Shown here: piece by piece, positions 28,450 to 40,054 of the stretch | Numbering within the stretch: the stretch's first letter is position 1 | Layout of the letters: each line of letters opens with the position of its first letter | Assembly: GCF_028368995.1 (NCBI RefSeq) | Contig: NZ_JAQNDL010000001.1 | Coordinates: 2,432,001-2,496,000 of the forward strand | Length of the DNA: 64,000 bases | Source: Nannocystis bainbridge | Lineage (GTDB): Bacteria; Myxococcota_A; Polyangia; Nannocystales; Nannocystaceae | Direction: 5' to 3' | Notes under the pieces: generated by a model | What the model saw: only the letters and a program-made list of their open reading frames with translations | Database searches by the model: none | Told to the model about the DNA's origin: nothing | Position numbers and translations under genes: made by a program

Positions 28450-29819
28450 GTGAACCTGCCTCTCACCTACCTGGCCTTCGCGCCAGCTGTGGATTCCGTA
28501 TTTGAAGCATTGACCCAAAACGTCGCCGGCCTGGCGATCGTCGGCTCGCTCACCATCGGCCTGGGGGTGCTGCTCCTGCTGATGCTGGTCAAGAACTTCC
28601 TCTACCTCTGTCACCCGAACGAGGCGCTGATCTTCACCGGCCGCAAGCGCGTCAAGGACGGCGTCGACCTCGGCCCGCTGGTGATCCTCGGCCGCGGCGT
28701 CGTCGGTCAACCGCCCGAGCACCACGGCTGCGGCAAGGGCCGCGCCTGGCGGATCCCCGTGCTCGAGCTCGTCGACCGCCTCGACATGTCGGCGATGTCG
28801 ATCGACGTCTACGTGCAAAACGCCTACTCGTCCGGCAACATCCCGCTCAAGATCCACGCGATCGCCAACGTCAAGATCAGCCCCCACCCGCGGCTGATCC
28901 GCAACGCGATCGAGCGCTTCCTCGGCCGCTCCACCTCGGAGATCCAGCAGGTCGCGCGCCAGACCCTCGAGGGCGCGCTGCGCGAGGTGTTGGCGCAGAT
29001 GACCCCCGAGGCCGTCAACCACGACCGGCTCGAGTTCGCCAACAACCTGGCCAAGAGCGCCCAGGACGACCTCGACAAGCTCGGCTTGCAGCTCGACACC
29101 CTCAAGATCCAGCACGTCGCCGACGAGACCGGCTACCTCGACTCGCTGGGCCGGCCGCAGATCGCCGCGGTCCTGCGCGACGCCGAGAAGGCCGAGAGCC
29201 AGGCCCAGCAGGAGGTCACCGAGGCCCAGGCCCAGGCCAACCAGCGCGCCGAGGTGGCCAAGGCCGCGGCCGAGACCGCGATCCTGGTCAAGCGCAACGA
29301 GCTCACCAAGATCCGCGCCGAGCTCGAGGGCCGCGCCGGCGCCGTCGAGCGCGAGGCCGAGGCCGCCGCCAAGACGGCGCGCGCCGAGGCCGAGCAGGAG
29401 CTGCAGACCGTGCGCAGCCAGCTCGAGCAGAAGCGGCTCATGGCCGAGGTCATCATCCCCGCCGAGGTCGACCGGGCCGCGCGGCTGCTGCTGGCCAAGG
29501 GCGACGCCGCGCCGACGATCGAGAACGGCGCCGCGGTGGCCGAGGTCCTGCGCCTCACCAGCGAGGCCTGGCTGACCATGGGCCCGCAGGCCCGCGAGAT
29601 CTACGTCATCCAGCACCTCGAGGAGCTGCTGGCCGCGGTCCTCCAGCCGATCGAGAAGCTCAAGATCCGCGAGGTCGCCGCGCTCGACCCGGGCGACGGC
29701 AGCGCGATCGCCAGCTACGCCGCCTCTTACCCGCGCGCCGTCGCGGCGGTGCTCAGCGCCCTGCGCGAGACCACCGGCGTCGACGTCCCCGCGATCCTGG
29801 CCGGAAAGACAGGTGCCCA

Positions 29820-29823
<4 letters not shown>
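28450..29823 (+). CDS. SPFH/flotillin family protein
   Basis: PNEALIFTGR, NAYSSGNIPL, NAIERFLG and LEGALR; AEA-rich coiled coil; GGAGG RBS. Confidence 0.92.
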
Positions 29824-31103
<1,280 letters not shown>

Positions 31104-31122
31104 ACTTCGATTCAAGTCCGTG

Positions 31123-31168
31123 AACCCGCGCTTCAGCTCGGCTTTGCAGCGAGCTGGCGCGGGTTTTT
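31123..31168 (+). terminator. Intrinsic terminator of the flotillin operon
   Basis: AACCCGCGC..CAGCTCG / CGAGCTG GCGCGGGTT stem followed by a T run. Confidence 0.75.
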
Positions 31169-31227
31169 CGTGCCAGGAGATAAGCCTGCGAAACTGGCCG
31201 GACTTCCCGATCGATACCGAACTCACC

Positions 31228-31259
31228 TTGACATGAATCTCGGTTCACGCCAATGAACC
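31228..31259 (+). promoter_or_regulatory. Perfect -35 box with overlapping inverted repeats (probable TetR operator)
   Basis: TTGACA at 31228, TGAA-N6-TTCA at 31234-31247 and GGTTCA-N6-TGAACC at 31242-31259. Confidence 0.6.
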
Positions 31260-31933
31260 CCCCGGTGACGCGCAGGGTCGATGGGCGGGACGACGCGCCG
31301 CGCAGCTCGCGTGGCGCGCGAGTTCGCGAGGTGGTACGGACGGAGACGCGCGCCGCATACCGCGAGGCGATCCTCGACGCGGCGACGCGGGTGTTCGGGC
31401 GGCTCGGGTTTCAGGACGCGAAGATGGCCGACATCGCCGCCGAAGCCGGCGTGGCCGCCGGCACCGTCTACAACTACTTCAAGAACAAAGAAGAGGTGTT
31501 CCGCTCGATCCTCCAGCGGACGCACGAGCTGGTCTACCAGCGCATCATGGTCCACCAGGTGCTCGAGGACCCGATCGAGCGCATGCGGGCCTCGACCCGC
31601 GAGGCCTTCACCTTCCTCGAAGAGCACGGCGCGCTGTTCCTGCTCTACGTCTCGATCGGCGGCGGCTTCGACTGGGCCCAGAAGCGGGTCGAGCAGGCCC
31701 TGATCGACGAGAACAGCGCCCGCTACTTCGCCCTCAGCGAGGCCACCCTGCGCGACGCCGCGGCGCGCGGGCAGATCCGCGGCGACCTCCCGCTCGAGCG
31801 GCTGACCGTGTTCCTCAGCGGCCTGACCGACGCGACGATCTTCTCCTGGGTGCGCTCCGGCTGCCCGCCGGGCCTGCGCACGCAAGCCGACCCCTTGATC
31901 GACTTCTTCCTCCACGGCGCGAGAGCCCCATGA
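31253..31933 (+). CDS. TetR/AcrR family regulator (start may be 31331)
   Basis: REAILDAATRVF...IAAEAGVAAGTVYNYFKNKEE HTH. Confidence 0.93.
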   Translation: MNPPVTRRVDGRDDAPRSSRGARVREVVRTETRAAYREAILDAATRVFGRLGFQDAKMADIAAEAGVAAGTVYNYFKNKEEVFRSILQRTHELVYQRIMVHQVLEDPIERMRASTREAFTFLEEHGALFLLYVSIGGGFDWAQKRVEQALIDENSARYFALSEATLRDAAARGQIRGDLPLERLTVFLSGLTDATIFSWVRSGCPPGLRTQADPLIDFFLHGARAP

Positions 31934-32952
31934 CCGCACGCCTCACCATCGTCCCCCTCGTCCTCGCCGGCCTCCTCGTCGCCGCGTGTGACGGCAAAGA
32001 AGCCGAGAAGCCCGCCCTGCCGGCGACGCAGGGCGCTGCCCCGACGATCCCGGTCCCGAGCAACAAGGGCCCCGCGCCGCAGCCGGGCGTCAAGGCCGGC
32101 GCGCGCGACCTCTCGATCGAGCGCTACGTCGGCACCGCGCTGCCCAAGCAGGAGGCCGAGCTCGGCCCGCGCATGAGCGGCACGCTCGCCTCGGTCGACG
32201 TCGAGGAGGGGCAGCAGGTCAAGAAGGGCCAGGTGCTGTTCCGCCTCGACGCGCGCTCGACCCGGCTCGGCGTCAGCCAGGCCGAGACCGGCCTGCAGGG
32301 GGCTCAGATCGCCCGCGACAACGCCAAGCGCGAGCTCGAGCGGCAGCAGCAGCTGGCGGCCAAGGGCACCATCGCCGCGGCTGTGCTCGAGCGGGCCGAG
32401 TCGGCCTTCAACAGCGCCGAGAACGGCGTCAGCCAGGCCAGCGTCGCCCTCTCGATGGCCCGCCGCGGCACCGCCGACTCGGCCGTCGTCTCGCCGATTG
32501 ACGGCCTCGTCGCCCACAAGTTCAAGGACGTCGGCGAGACGGTGACGATGATGCCGCCGACCATCGTCGTCGTGATCCAGGACCAATCTGTCCTCGAGGT
32601 CAGGACACGAATCCCCGAGGCCGCGCTGCGGCTCGTCCACGTCGGCGACCAGGTCACCGCCCACTTCTCCGCGCTCGGCATCTCGCGCGAGGCCAAGGTC
32701 GTGCGCGTCCAGCCGACCGTCGACGCCGCCACGCGCACGATCGAGATCGTCACCGACGTCGAGAACAAGGACGGCATCCTGCGCCCCGGCATGTACGTCG
32801 AGCTCGAGCTGCGCCCGCCGCTCGCCTCGGTGCTCCCGGGCGCCGAGGGCGACGCGCCCGCGCCCGCGCCCGAGGGCAAGGCCGAGGTGGCCAAGGCGAA
32901 ACCGGGCAAGAAGGCCCCGAGCGACCCCCCGCCGGCCGCCGGCACTCACTGA
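31930..32952 (+). CDS. RND efflux periplasmic adaptor (lipoprotein)
   Basis: Lipobox VAAC, VEEGQQVKKGQVLF, SPIDG, VDAATRT and LRPGM. Confidence 0.93.
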   Translation: MTARLTIVPLVLAGLLVAACDGKEAEKPALPATQGAAPTIPVPSNKGPAPQPGVKAGARDLSIERYVGTALPKQEAELGPRMSGTLASVDVEEGQQVKKGQVLFRLDARSTRLGVSQAETGLQGAQIARDNAKRELERQQQLAAKGTIAAAVLERAESAFNSAENGVSQASVALSMARRGTADSAVVSPIDGLVAHKFKDVGETVTMMPPTIVVVIQDQSVLEVRTRIPEAALRLVHVGDQVTAHFSALGISREAKVVRVQPTVDAATRTIEIVTDVENKDGILRPGMYVELELRPPLASVLPGAEGDAPAPAPEGKAEVAKAKPGKKAPSDPPPAAGTH

Positions 32953-32963
32953 GGTCCCCCGCC

Positions 32964-35900
32964 ATGCTGCTCGCCGAAGTCTCGATCCGCCGCTCCATCT
33001 TCGCGACGATGCTGATCGCCGCGCTGATGGTGTTCGGCTTCTTCAGCTTGCCGCGCATCGGCGTCGAGCTGTTCCCGAACGTCGAGTTCCCGGTCGTGAC
33101 CGCGACCGTCGTCTACCCGGGCGCCGACCCGGAGACGATGGAGACCAAGGTCGCCGACCCGATCGAGGAGGCGCTGCAGTCGATCAGCGGCGTCAAGCGC
33201 ATGACCTCGCGCAACCTCGAGGCCGTCACCCAGGTGGTGATGGAGTTCGAGCTCGAGGTCGACGGCAACCAGGCGCTGCAGGACGTCCGCGACAAGATCT
33301 CGGCGATCGAGCGCGACCTGCCGCAGGGCATCGACCCGCCGGTGGTGCAGAAGTTCGACGTCGGCGCCGCGCCGATCCTCTCGATCGCGCTGGCCGGCGA
33401 CGTGCCGATGGCCGAGATGACGCGGGTCGCCAAGGACGAGGTCAAGCAGCGCATCCAGCAGATCTCGGGCGTCGGCAACGTCGACCTCATCGGCGGCCGC
33501 GAGCGCGAGATCAAGGTCCTCGTCGATCCCGCGCGCATGACCGGCTTCGGCCTCACCGCCGACGACGTCGCCAACGCCGTACGCGCGCAGAGCCTCGAGC
33601 TGCCGGCCGGCTTCATCAAGACCGGCACCAGCGAGCTGACCCTGAAGACCCGCGGCGAGGTCAAGAGCGCCGCCGAGATCGCCGACATCCTGATCCCCGG
33701 CCCGCCCGGCGCGGTGGTCCGGATCCGCGACGTCGCCGAGGTCCTCGACGACGTCGAGGACGCCCGCTCGGCCTCGTTCCTCAACGGCAACGCCGCGCTG
33801 GCGCTGGTCGTCAAGAAGCAGTCCGGCGCCAACGTCGTGTCGCTCGCCGAGCAGGTCCGCGAGGTGCTCGACGAGATGCGCCCCGACCTCGAGCGGCGGG
33901 GCATCACCGCCGCGATCCCGACCGACAACTCGGTGTTCGTCGAGCACGCCATCGGTGACGTCAAGTTCGACCTCATCCTCGGCGCGATCCTCACCATCGT
34001 CATCATCCTCCTGTTCTTGCACGACATCCGCGCAACCTTCATCGCCGCGCTGGCGATCCCGACCAGCATCGTCGCGACGTTCGCGTTCATGCAGTACATG
34101 GGGTTCTCGTTCAACAACATCTCCATGCTGGCGCTGTCGCTGTCGATCGGCATCCTCGTCGACGACGCGATCGTGGTGATCGAGAACATCTACCGCCACC
34201 TCGAGATGGGCAAGCCGCGCATGCGCGCCGCCCTCGACGCGACCAGTGAGATCGGCCTCGCCGTCATCGCCACCACGCTGTCGATCGTCGCGGTGTTCGT
34301 GCCGGTCGCCTACATGAAGGGCATCATCGGCCGGTTCTTCTTCCAGTTCGGCCTGACCGTCTCGGCGGCGGTGCTGATCTCGATGCTGGTGTCGTTCACG
34401 CTGACGCCGATGCTGTCGTCGCGCCTGATGCGGCAGCAGCACGGCCACGCCCCCGGCCTGTTCGCGCGCCTGTTCAACCGCATGTTCGGCGCCGTCGAGC
34501 GCGGCTACGCCGGCGTGCTCCGCTGGTCGCTGCGCTGGCCGTGGACCACCGTCCTCATCGCCCTGCTGTCGCTGTTCGGCTCGTGCGCGCTGGTCACCCG
34601 CGTGCCCGCCGAGTTCCTCCCGCCCGAGGACCAGTCGCAGTTCGCCGTCAACGTCGAGCTGCCGACCGGCACCGCGCTCGAGGCGACCATCGAGACCTCC
34701 GAGGCCGTGGCCGCCGACCTGCGCGCCAACCTGCCGCAGATCAAGGACACCTTCACCACCATCGGCGGCGGCGCCGTCGGCCAGGTCAACCGCGCCCGCA
34801 TCACCGTCACGCTCGAGCGGCCCAAGCAGCGCGGCTTCTCGCAGCAGGACGCCATGAAGTGGACCCGCGAGCGCCTCGCCGGGGTCGAGGGCGCGATGTT
34901 CACGGTCGACCAGCTCGACCCGTTCGGCAACGACGGCGGCTTCCGCAGCCAGCCGATCCAGTTCTCGATCCGCGGCACCGACCTCGACGAGGTCGTCGCC
35001 GCCGCCGAGGCGCTCAGGGGCCAGCTCGCCGAGACCGGCAAGTTCGTCGACCTCGACACCTCGTACCGCGGCGGCAAGCCCGAGGTCGCGATCGCCGTCG
35101 ACCGCAACAAGGCCGCCGACCTCAGCATCCCGATCGCCTCGATCGCCCGCACCGTGCGCTCGCTGATGGCCGGCGACCCGATCTCCGACCTCAAGGAGGG
35201 CTCGGAGATCTACGACGTCATCCTCTACATGCCCGAGGCGCTGCGCTCGAACTTCGAAGCGCTGAGCAACATCAAGGTCCGCTCGGCCTCGGGTCGCCTG
35301 GTCGACCTGTCGGCGGTGGTCCGCGTCGAGCGCGGCGAGGGCCCCAGCGAGATCGAGCGGCAGAACCGGCTGCGCCAGGTGCTGGTGCTGGCGGCGCTCA
35401 ACGACATCACCCTCGGCGAGGCCCAGGAGGTCGTCAGCGACGCCGCCAAGCGGGTCGTGCCGTCCAAGCTGCAGACCAGCTTCATGGGCGACGCCGAGGT
35501 CATGCAGGAGTCGTTCGAGTCGATGATCTTCGCCCTCCTGCTGGCGATCATCCTCGTCTACATGATCCTCGCGGCCCAGTTCGACAGCCTGATCCAGCCG
35601 ATCACGATCATGGTCTCGCTGCCGCTGTCGGTGGTCGGTGCGTTCGGCGGCATCTACCTCGCCGGGATGTCGCTCAACATCTTCTCGTTCATCGGCCTCA
35701 TCATGCTGATGGGCCTCGTCACCAAGACGGCGATCTTGCTGGTCGACTTCGCCAACAGCGAGCGCGAGAAGGGCGCCGTCCTCACCGAGGCGCTGGTCCA
35801 GGCCGGCACCATCCGCCTGCGCCCGATCGTCATGACCGCGGCGGCCACCATCTTCGGCATGGTCCCCGTCGCCCTGGCCCTCGGCGAGGGCGGTGAGACC

Positions 35901-36245
35901 CGCGCGCCGATGGCCGTCATCGTCATCGGCGGCATGATCACCTCGACCGTCCTCACCCTCGTCGTCGTCCCCGTCGTCTATATGCTGTTCGACCGCATGG
36001 TCACCAGCCGGTCGATGCGCTGGATCAGCTTCAAGTTCTTCGGCGTCGACGCCACCAAGCCGGCCGAGAGCCTCGACGACCCGCTCCCCACGGCGCACGC
36101 TCCGGTTTCGGCTCCGGCTCCGGCCGCGCCGCCCGATCTGGTCATGCCCCCGCTCGTGGCCCCGCCGCCGGCCGCCGACGACTTCGAGATCGAGCGCGAG
36201 GTGGTGTTCCCCCACCTCCGCCGCGTCACCAAGCCGCCGGAGTGA
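32964..36245 (+). CDS. RND efflux permease (AcrB/HAE1)
   Basis: [28 protein letters not shown] and RLRPIVMT. Confidence 0.96.
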   Translation: MLLAEVSIRRSIFATMLIAALMVFGFFSLPRIGVELFPNVEFPVVTATVVYPGADPETMETKVADPIEEALQSISGVKRMTSRNLEAVTQVVMEFELEVDGNQALQDVRDKISAIERDLPQGIDPPVVQKFDVGAAPILSIALAGDVPMAEMTRVAKDEVKQRIQQISGVGNVDLIGGREREIKVLVDPARMTGFGLTADDVANAVRAQSLELPAGFIKTGTSELTLKTRGEVKSAAEIADILIPGPPGAVVRIRDVAEVLDDVEDARSASFLNGNAALALVVKKQSGANVVSLAEQVREVLDEMRPDLERRGITAAIPTDNSVFVEHAIGDVKFDLILGAILTIVIILLFLHDIRATFIAALAIPTSIVATFAFMQYMGFSFNNISMLALSLSIGILVDDAIVVIENIYRHLEMGKPRMRAALDATSEIGLAVIATTLSIVAVFVPVAYMKGIIGRFFFQFGLTVSAAVLISMLVSFTLTPMLSSRLMRQQHGHAPGLFARLFNRMFGAVERGYAGVLRWSLRWPWTTVLIALLSLFGSCALVTRVPAEFLPPEDQSQFAVNVELPTGTALEATIETSEAVAADLRANLPQIKDTFTTIGGGAVGQVNRARITVTLERPKQRGFSQQDAMKWTRERLAGVEGAMFTVDQLDPFGNDGGFRSQPIQFSIRGTDLDEVVAAAEALRGQLAETGKFVDLDTSYRGGKPEVAIAVDRNKAADLSIPIASIARTVRSLMAGDPISDLKEGSEIYDVILYMPEALRSNFEALSNIKVRSASGRLVDLSAVVRVERGEGPSEIERQNRLRQVLVLAALNDITLGEAQEVVSDAAKRVVPSKLQTSFMGDAEVMQESFESMIFALLLAIILVYMILAAQFDSLIQPITIMVSLPLSVVGAFGGIYLAGMSLNIFSFIGLIMLMGLVTKTAILLVDFANSEREKGAVLTEALVQAGTIRLRPIVMTAAATIFGMVPVALALGEGGETRAPMAVIVIGGMITSTVLTLVVVPVVYMLFDRMVTSRSMRWISFKFFGVDATKPAESLDDPLPTAHAPVSAPAPAAPPDLVMPPLVAPPPAADDFEIEREVVFPHLRRVTKPPE

Positions 36246-36254
36246 GCGGTCCGG

Positions 36255-36306
36255 TCACCTTCCCTTTCGCACAGGTTCTTTCGTACAGGACTCTTCCGCC
36301 ATGTCG
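36255..36306. repeat. Degenerate 14-bp-period array upstream of the TolC gene
   Basis: Cores at 36258, 36272, 36286 and 36300. Confidence 0.55.
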
Positions 36307-37899
36307 CTTGTTTGGTCCGTCGCTCTGACGCTGATGGCCCCGGCCCCGCAGGGCCCCCCGCCGCCGCCCACCCGCCAAGTCCCCGCCGCCGCCGACGCGG
36401 CCGTGTTCGACGCCACCGCCTACCTGCGCGACGGCCCGCTCGCCGACGCGCTCGCGCCGAAGCCCGGCGGCCTCACGGCCGACAAGGTCGCGGTGCAGGC
36501 GATCGCCGAGTCACCGTCGGTCGCCGCCAAGGAGGCCCAGATCCAGGCCGCCGCGGCCAAGCTCGATCAGACGATGATCGCCTTCCTGCCGCAGCTCTCG
36601 GGCAAGGCCGGCTACACCCGCATGTCCAAGGCCGCGATCGCGTTCGGCGGCGGCTACAGCGTCGGCGCCGCCACGGGCCCCGAGGCCGGCGGCGACCCGA
36701 TCCCGATCGGCATCGGCCCGTGCGCCATGGGCTCGCCGCAGATGTGCACGGTCGATCCGAACACCGGCCAGCCGCTCACCCTCGTGGTCGCGCCGCCGTT
36801 CAAGATCCAGATCCCGCTCAACTCCTACTCGCTGCAGGCCCAGCTGGCGGTCCCGATCTCGGACTACATCCTCTCGCTGCTGCCGGCCAAGCGCGGCTCC
36901 GAGACCCGCCGCGACGCCGTCGCCCTCGCCCGCGACGCCGAGCGCGTCAAGGTCGAGACCGACGCCCGCCTCGCCTACTACAACTGGCTGCGCACGATCG
37001 CCTCGGTGGTCGCCGTCGAGGACTCGCTGCGCCGCGTCAAGGCGCGCGCGCTCGACGTCGAGAACCTGTTCCACGCCGGCAGCGCGACCAAGGCCGAGGT
37101 GATGCGCCTGGCCGCCCAGATCGCCCAGATCGAGCAGGCGATCAACGACGCCCAGGTGTTCCGCGCGACCGCGGAGCAGGGCCTGGCGATCATGCTCAAC
37201 GACCAGGGCATCGACTTCGTGCCCGGCGAGGACGTGATCGAGCTGCCGCCCGACATGGCCGACATCGGCAACCTCGAGGGCCTGATCCGCGAGGCGCAGA
37301 GCAAGCGGCTCGAGCTGAAGTCGATGGAGAAGAGCATCGGCGCGGTCGACTACGGCATCAAGGCGACCCGCGCCGGCTACTTCCCGCGCCTCGACGCCTT
37401 CGCCGAGGCGACCTACGCCAACCCGAACCAGCGGTTCTTCCCGCTGGCGCCGGTGTGGCGCGGGTCGTGGTCGGTCGGCGCGCAGCTGACCTACTCGCTC
37501 AACTCGGCCCTGCGCACGCGCGCCGAGATCCGCGAGTACAAGGCCAACAAGCGCGAGCTGATGGCCCAGATCGAGCTCCTGCGCCGCGGGATCGCCATGG
37601 AGGTCACCCAGGCCTTCCTCGCCCGCAACAAGGCCATCGCCGACATCGAGCTCAGCGCCCGCACGCTCGAGTCCGCGGTCGAGGCCTACCGCGTCGCCTC
37701 CGAGCTGTTCGCCGCCGGCTCGGCGACCACCAACGACATCATCGACGCCGAGGCCGACCAGCTGACGGCGATCCTGCGGATCGTCAACTCGCGCATCGAC
37801 CTCCGCACCGCCAACGCGCGCCTGCTCTACGCCACCGGCCGCATCAAGCCCAACACCGTCCAGGTCTACGACACCCGCGACAAGGCGACCCGCGGGTAG
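36301..37899 (+). CDS. TolC family outer membrane protein
   Basis: FLPQLS and YFPRLD repeat halves; long helices; position in the RND operon. Confidence 0.9.
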   Translation: MSLVWSVALTLMAPAPQGPPPPPTRQVPAAADAAVFDATAYLRDGPLADALAPKPGGLTADKVAVQAIAESPSVAAKEAQIQAAAAKLDQTMIAFLPQLSGKAGYTRMSKAAIAFGGGYSVGAATGPEAGGDPIPIGIGPCAMGSPQMCTVDPNTGQPLTLVVAPPFKIQIPLNSYSLQAQLAVPISDYILSLLPAKRGSETRRDAVALARDAERVKVETDARLAYYNWLRTIASVVAVEDSLRRVKARALDVENLFHAGSATKAEVMRLAAQIAQIEQAINDAQVFRATAEQGLAIMLNDQGIDFVPGEDVIELPPDMADIGNLEGLIREAQSKRLELKSMEKSIGAVDYGIKATRAGYFPRLDAFAEATYANPNQRFFPLAPVWRGSWSVGAQLTYSLNSALRTRAEIREYKANKRELMAQIELLRRGIAMEVTQAFLARNKAIADIELSARTLESAVEAYRVASELFAAGSATTNDIIDAEADQLTAILRIVNSRIDLRTANARLLYATGRIKPNTVQVYDTRDKATRG

Positions 37900-37920
37900 C
37901 GCCCGCGCGAACGACTGAAG

Positions 37921-37986
37921 GGGCATGTCCGTACGGACATGCCCCTTTTGCCATGTCTGAACGGACATGCCCTCGCGGACATGCCC
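37921..37986. repeat. 14-bp-period palindrome array at a convergent junction
   Basis: CATG at 37924, 37938, 37952, 37966 and 37980. Confidence 0.92.
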
Positions 37987-37995
37987 GCCGGACCG

Positions 37996-39222
37996 CTAGC
38001 CCTCGGTCGGCGCCGGGCCGGTGACGGTGCCGCGGCGGACCATGTCGACGCGGCGCCACAGCGCCTCGAGCAGCTCCGGCACGCCCTCGCCGGTGCGCGC
38101 CGAGATCGGGAACAGCGGGATGCCCTGGGTCCGCAGCAGCTTGCGCAGCGGCCCCACCACCTCCTGACCCTCCGGCGTGTCGATCTTGTTGAGCGCGACC
38201 ACCCGCGGGCGGCCGTCGAACATCGAGCCGTACTGCCCGAGCTCCTTCTCGAGCGCCTTGAGGTCGGCCATCGGGTCGCGGCCAGGCGTCGGGTCGGGCG
38301 AGAGCAGGTGCAGCAGCACGCGCGTGCGCTCGAGGTGGCGCAGGAAGTCGAGGCCGAGGCCGCGTCCCTCGCTGGCGCCGTGGATGAGGCCCGGCACGTC
38401 GGCGACCACGAGCGAGCGCTCGCCGGCCAGCGCGACCACGCCGAGCTGCGGCACCAGGGTGGTGAACGGGTAGTCGGCGACCTTCGGGCGCGCGCGGCTG
38501 ATCGCGCGGATGAAGGTCGACTTGCCGACGTTGGGGAAGCCGACGATGCCGACGTCGGCCAGCAGCTTGAGCTCGAGGCGCAGCCAGTACGCCTCGCCGC
38601 CGACGCCAGGCTCGGCGAAGTCGGGCGCGCGGTTGGTCGAGGTGCGGAAGTGGACGTTGCCGCGGCCGCCGAGGCCGCCGTGGGCCACGATCAGCTCCTG
38701 CCCGTGGAACGTCAGGTCGCCGAGCTGCTCCCCGGCCTCGAGCTCCGTCTCGCGCCGGTCCTTCTCGGCCTGCGCGCGGCGGATCGGCCCCGACTTCTGC
38801 GCCCGCACCGGCTCCGGGATGTCGGTGCCGTCGTCGGTCCAGGCGATCGCGCCGATCTCGTCGAGCTCCTCGCCGACGTCGTCGGCCAGCCACGGCGGCC
38901 GCTCGCCGGGCTCGCCCGCCAGCGCCTCGAAGAACACCGTGGTGCCGACCGGCACGCGGATCCGGAGGTCGTTGCCCGAGCGGCCCGTCATCTTGTTCGG
39001 CCCGCCGGGGCGGCCGATCTCGGCCGCGAAGTGCTGGCGAAATTTGAGGTCCAGCAGCGTCGTCAAATGATCGTCGGCGACAAAGACGACATCGCCGCCC
39101 TTGCCGCCGTCACCGCCCGCGGGACCCCCGTCGGGCACGAACTTCTCACGGCGCCAGCCGACCAGCCCGTCGCCGCCTCGCCCTGCGCGGACGACGATCC
39201 GGACCTGGTCGATGAAGCGCAT
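37996..39222 (-). CDS. obgE: GTPase ObgE
   Basis: RREKFVPDGGPAGGDGG, GFPNVGKST, DYPFTT, DVPG and NKID. Confidence 0.97.
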   Translation of the reverse strand: MRFIDQVRIVVRAGRGGDGLVGWRREKFVPDGGPAGGDGGKGGDVVFVADDHLTTLLDLKFRQHFAAEIGRPGGPNKMTGRSGNDLRIRVPVGTTVFFEALAGEPGERPPWLADDVGEELDEIGAIAWTDDGTDIPEPVRAQKSGPIRRAQAEKDRRETELEAGEQLGDLTFHGQELIVAHGGLGGRGNVHFRTSTNRAPDFAEPGVGGEAYWLRLELKLLADVGIVGFPNVGKSTFIRAISRARPKVADYPFTTLVPQLGVVALAGERSLVVADVPGLIHGASEGRGLGLDFLRHLERTRVLLHLLSPDPTPGRDPMADLKALEKELGQYGSMFDGRPRVVALNKIDTPEGQEVVGPLRKLLRTQGIPLFPISARTGEGVPELLEALWRRVDMVRRGTVTGPAPTEG

Positions 39223-39225
39223 CGC

Positions 39226-39516
39226 TCACTCCGCAGCGGCGGCAGCGTCTGCCTGGGCCGCGAGCGGGTCGATGGCGATGAACGCCTTGCGCTCGTGGCC
39301 CCGCTTGTAGAAGCGGACCGTGCCTTCGACCAGCGCGAACAGGGTGTAGTCCTTGCCGGTGCCGACGTTCGGACCAGCGTGGAAGCTGCTGCCGGCCTGA
39401 CGGACCAGGATGTTGCCGGCGCGCACGACTTCGCCGCCGAACCGCTTCACGCCGCGGTTCTGCGAGTTCGAGTCGCGGCCGTTCTTGATCGAACCTTGAC
39501 CTTTTTTATGTGCCAT
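39226..39516 (-). CDS. rpmA: 50S ribosomal protein L27
   Basis: [16 protein letters not shown]. Confidence 0.98.
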   Translation of the reverse strand: MAHKKGQGSIKNGRDSNSQNRGVKRFGGEVVRAGNILVRQAGSSFHAGPNVGTGKDYTLFALVEGTVRFYKRGHERKAFIAIDPLAAQADAAAAAE

Positions 39517-39538
39517 CGTCGTTCTCCAGCGGCGCTGT

Positions 39539-39859
39539 TCAGCCCGTGATCGCGGTGATCTTAACCTCGGTGTAGGCCTGCCGGTGGCCCTGCTTCTTGC
39601 GGTAGTTGGTGCGCTTGCGGAACTTGTAGACGATGAGCTTGGGCCCGCGCCCGTGGCTCACGACCTTGCCCTCGACCTTGGCGCCGTCGACCAGCGGCTT
39701 GCCGATCTTGACGGTCTCGCCCTGGCCGACGAGCAGCACCTCGAAGTTGATGGTGGCGCCGGCTTCCACCGGGAGCTTCTCGACGCGCAGCACCGAGCCG
39801 GTGTTGACGCGGAACTGCCTCCCGCCGGTACGAATGATGGCTTGCTGGTTCTCGGACAC
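39539..39859 (-). CDS. rplU: 50S ribosomal protein L21
   Basis: [12 protein letters not shown]...[10 protein letters not shown]; GTG start at 39859. Confidence 0.97.
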   Translation of the reverse strand: MSENQQAIIRTGGRQFRVNTGSVLRVEKLPVEAGATINFEVLLVGQGETVKIGKPLVDGAKVEGKVVSHGRGPKLIVYKFRKRTNYRKKQGHRQAYTEVKITAITG

Positions 39860-40054
39860 GAAGCGCTCGCACTCTCTGGGGCGATCCGCCCGCCCACGCG
39901 GCAGCCAGATGGTGGCTGCGACCGCCCGGATGCTCTTCGAGACCCTCGCCGGGCGCGAGGGAACAGGCTTATATGCGTGGCCGCAGGGGCCGGTCAAGCC
40001 GCAGAGGCGCGGCGGAGGTCACGCGCACGGCGCGCATGAGCCGCCGCTGCGATC

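Noticed and set aside
37921-37986. The unit matches the p53 half-site RRRCWWGYYY
   Set aside because: This is a bacterial genome with no p53-like gene visible; treated as coincidence, useful only as an analogy.
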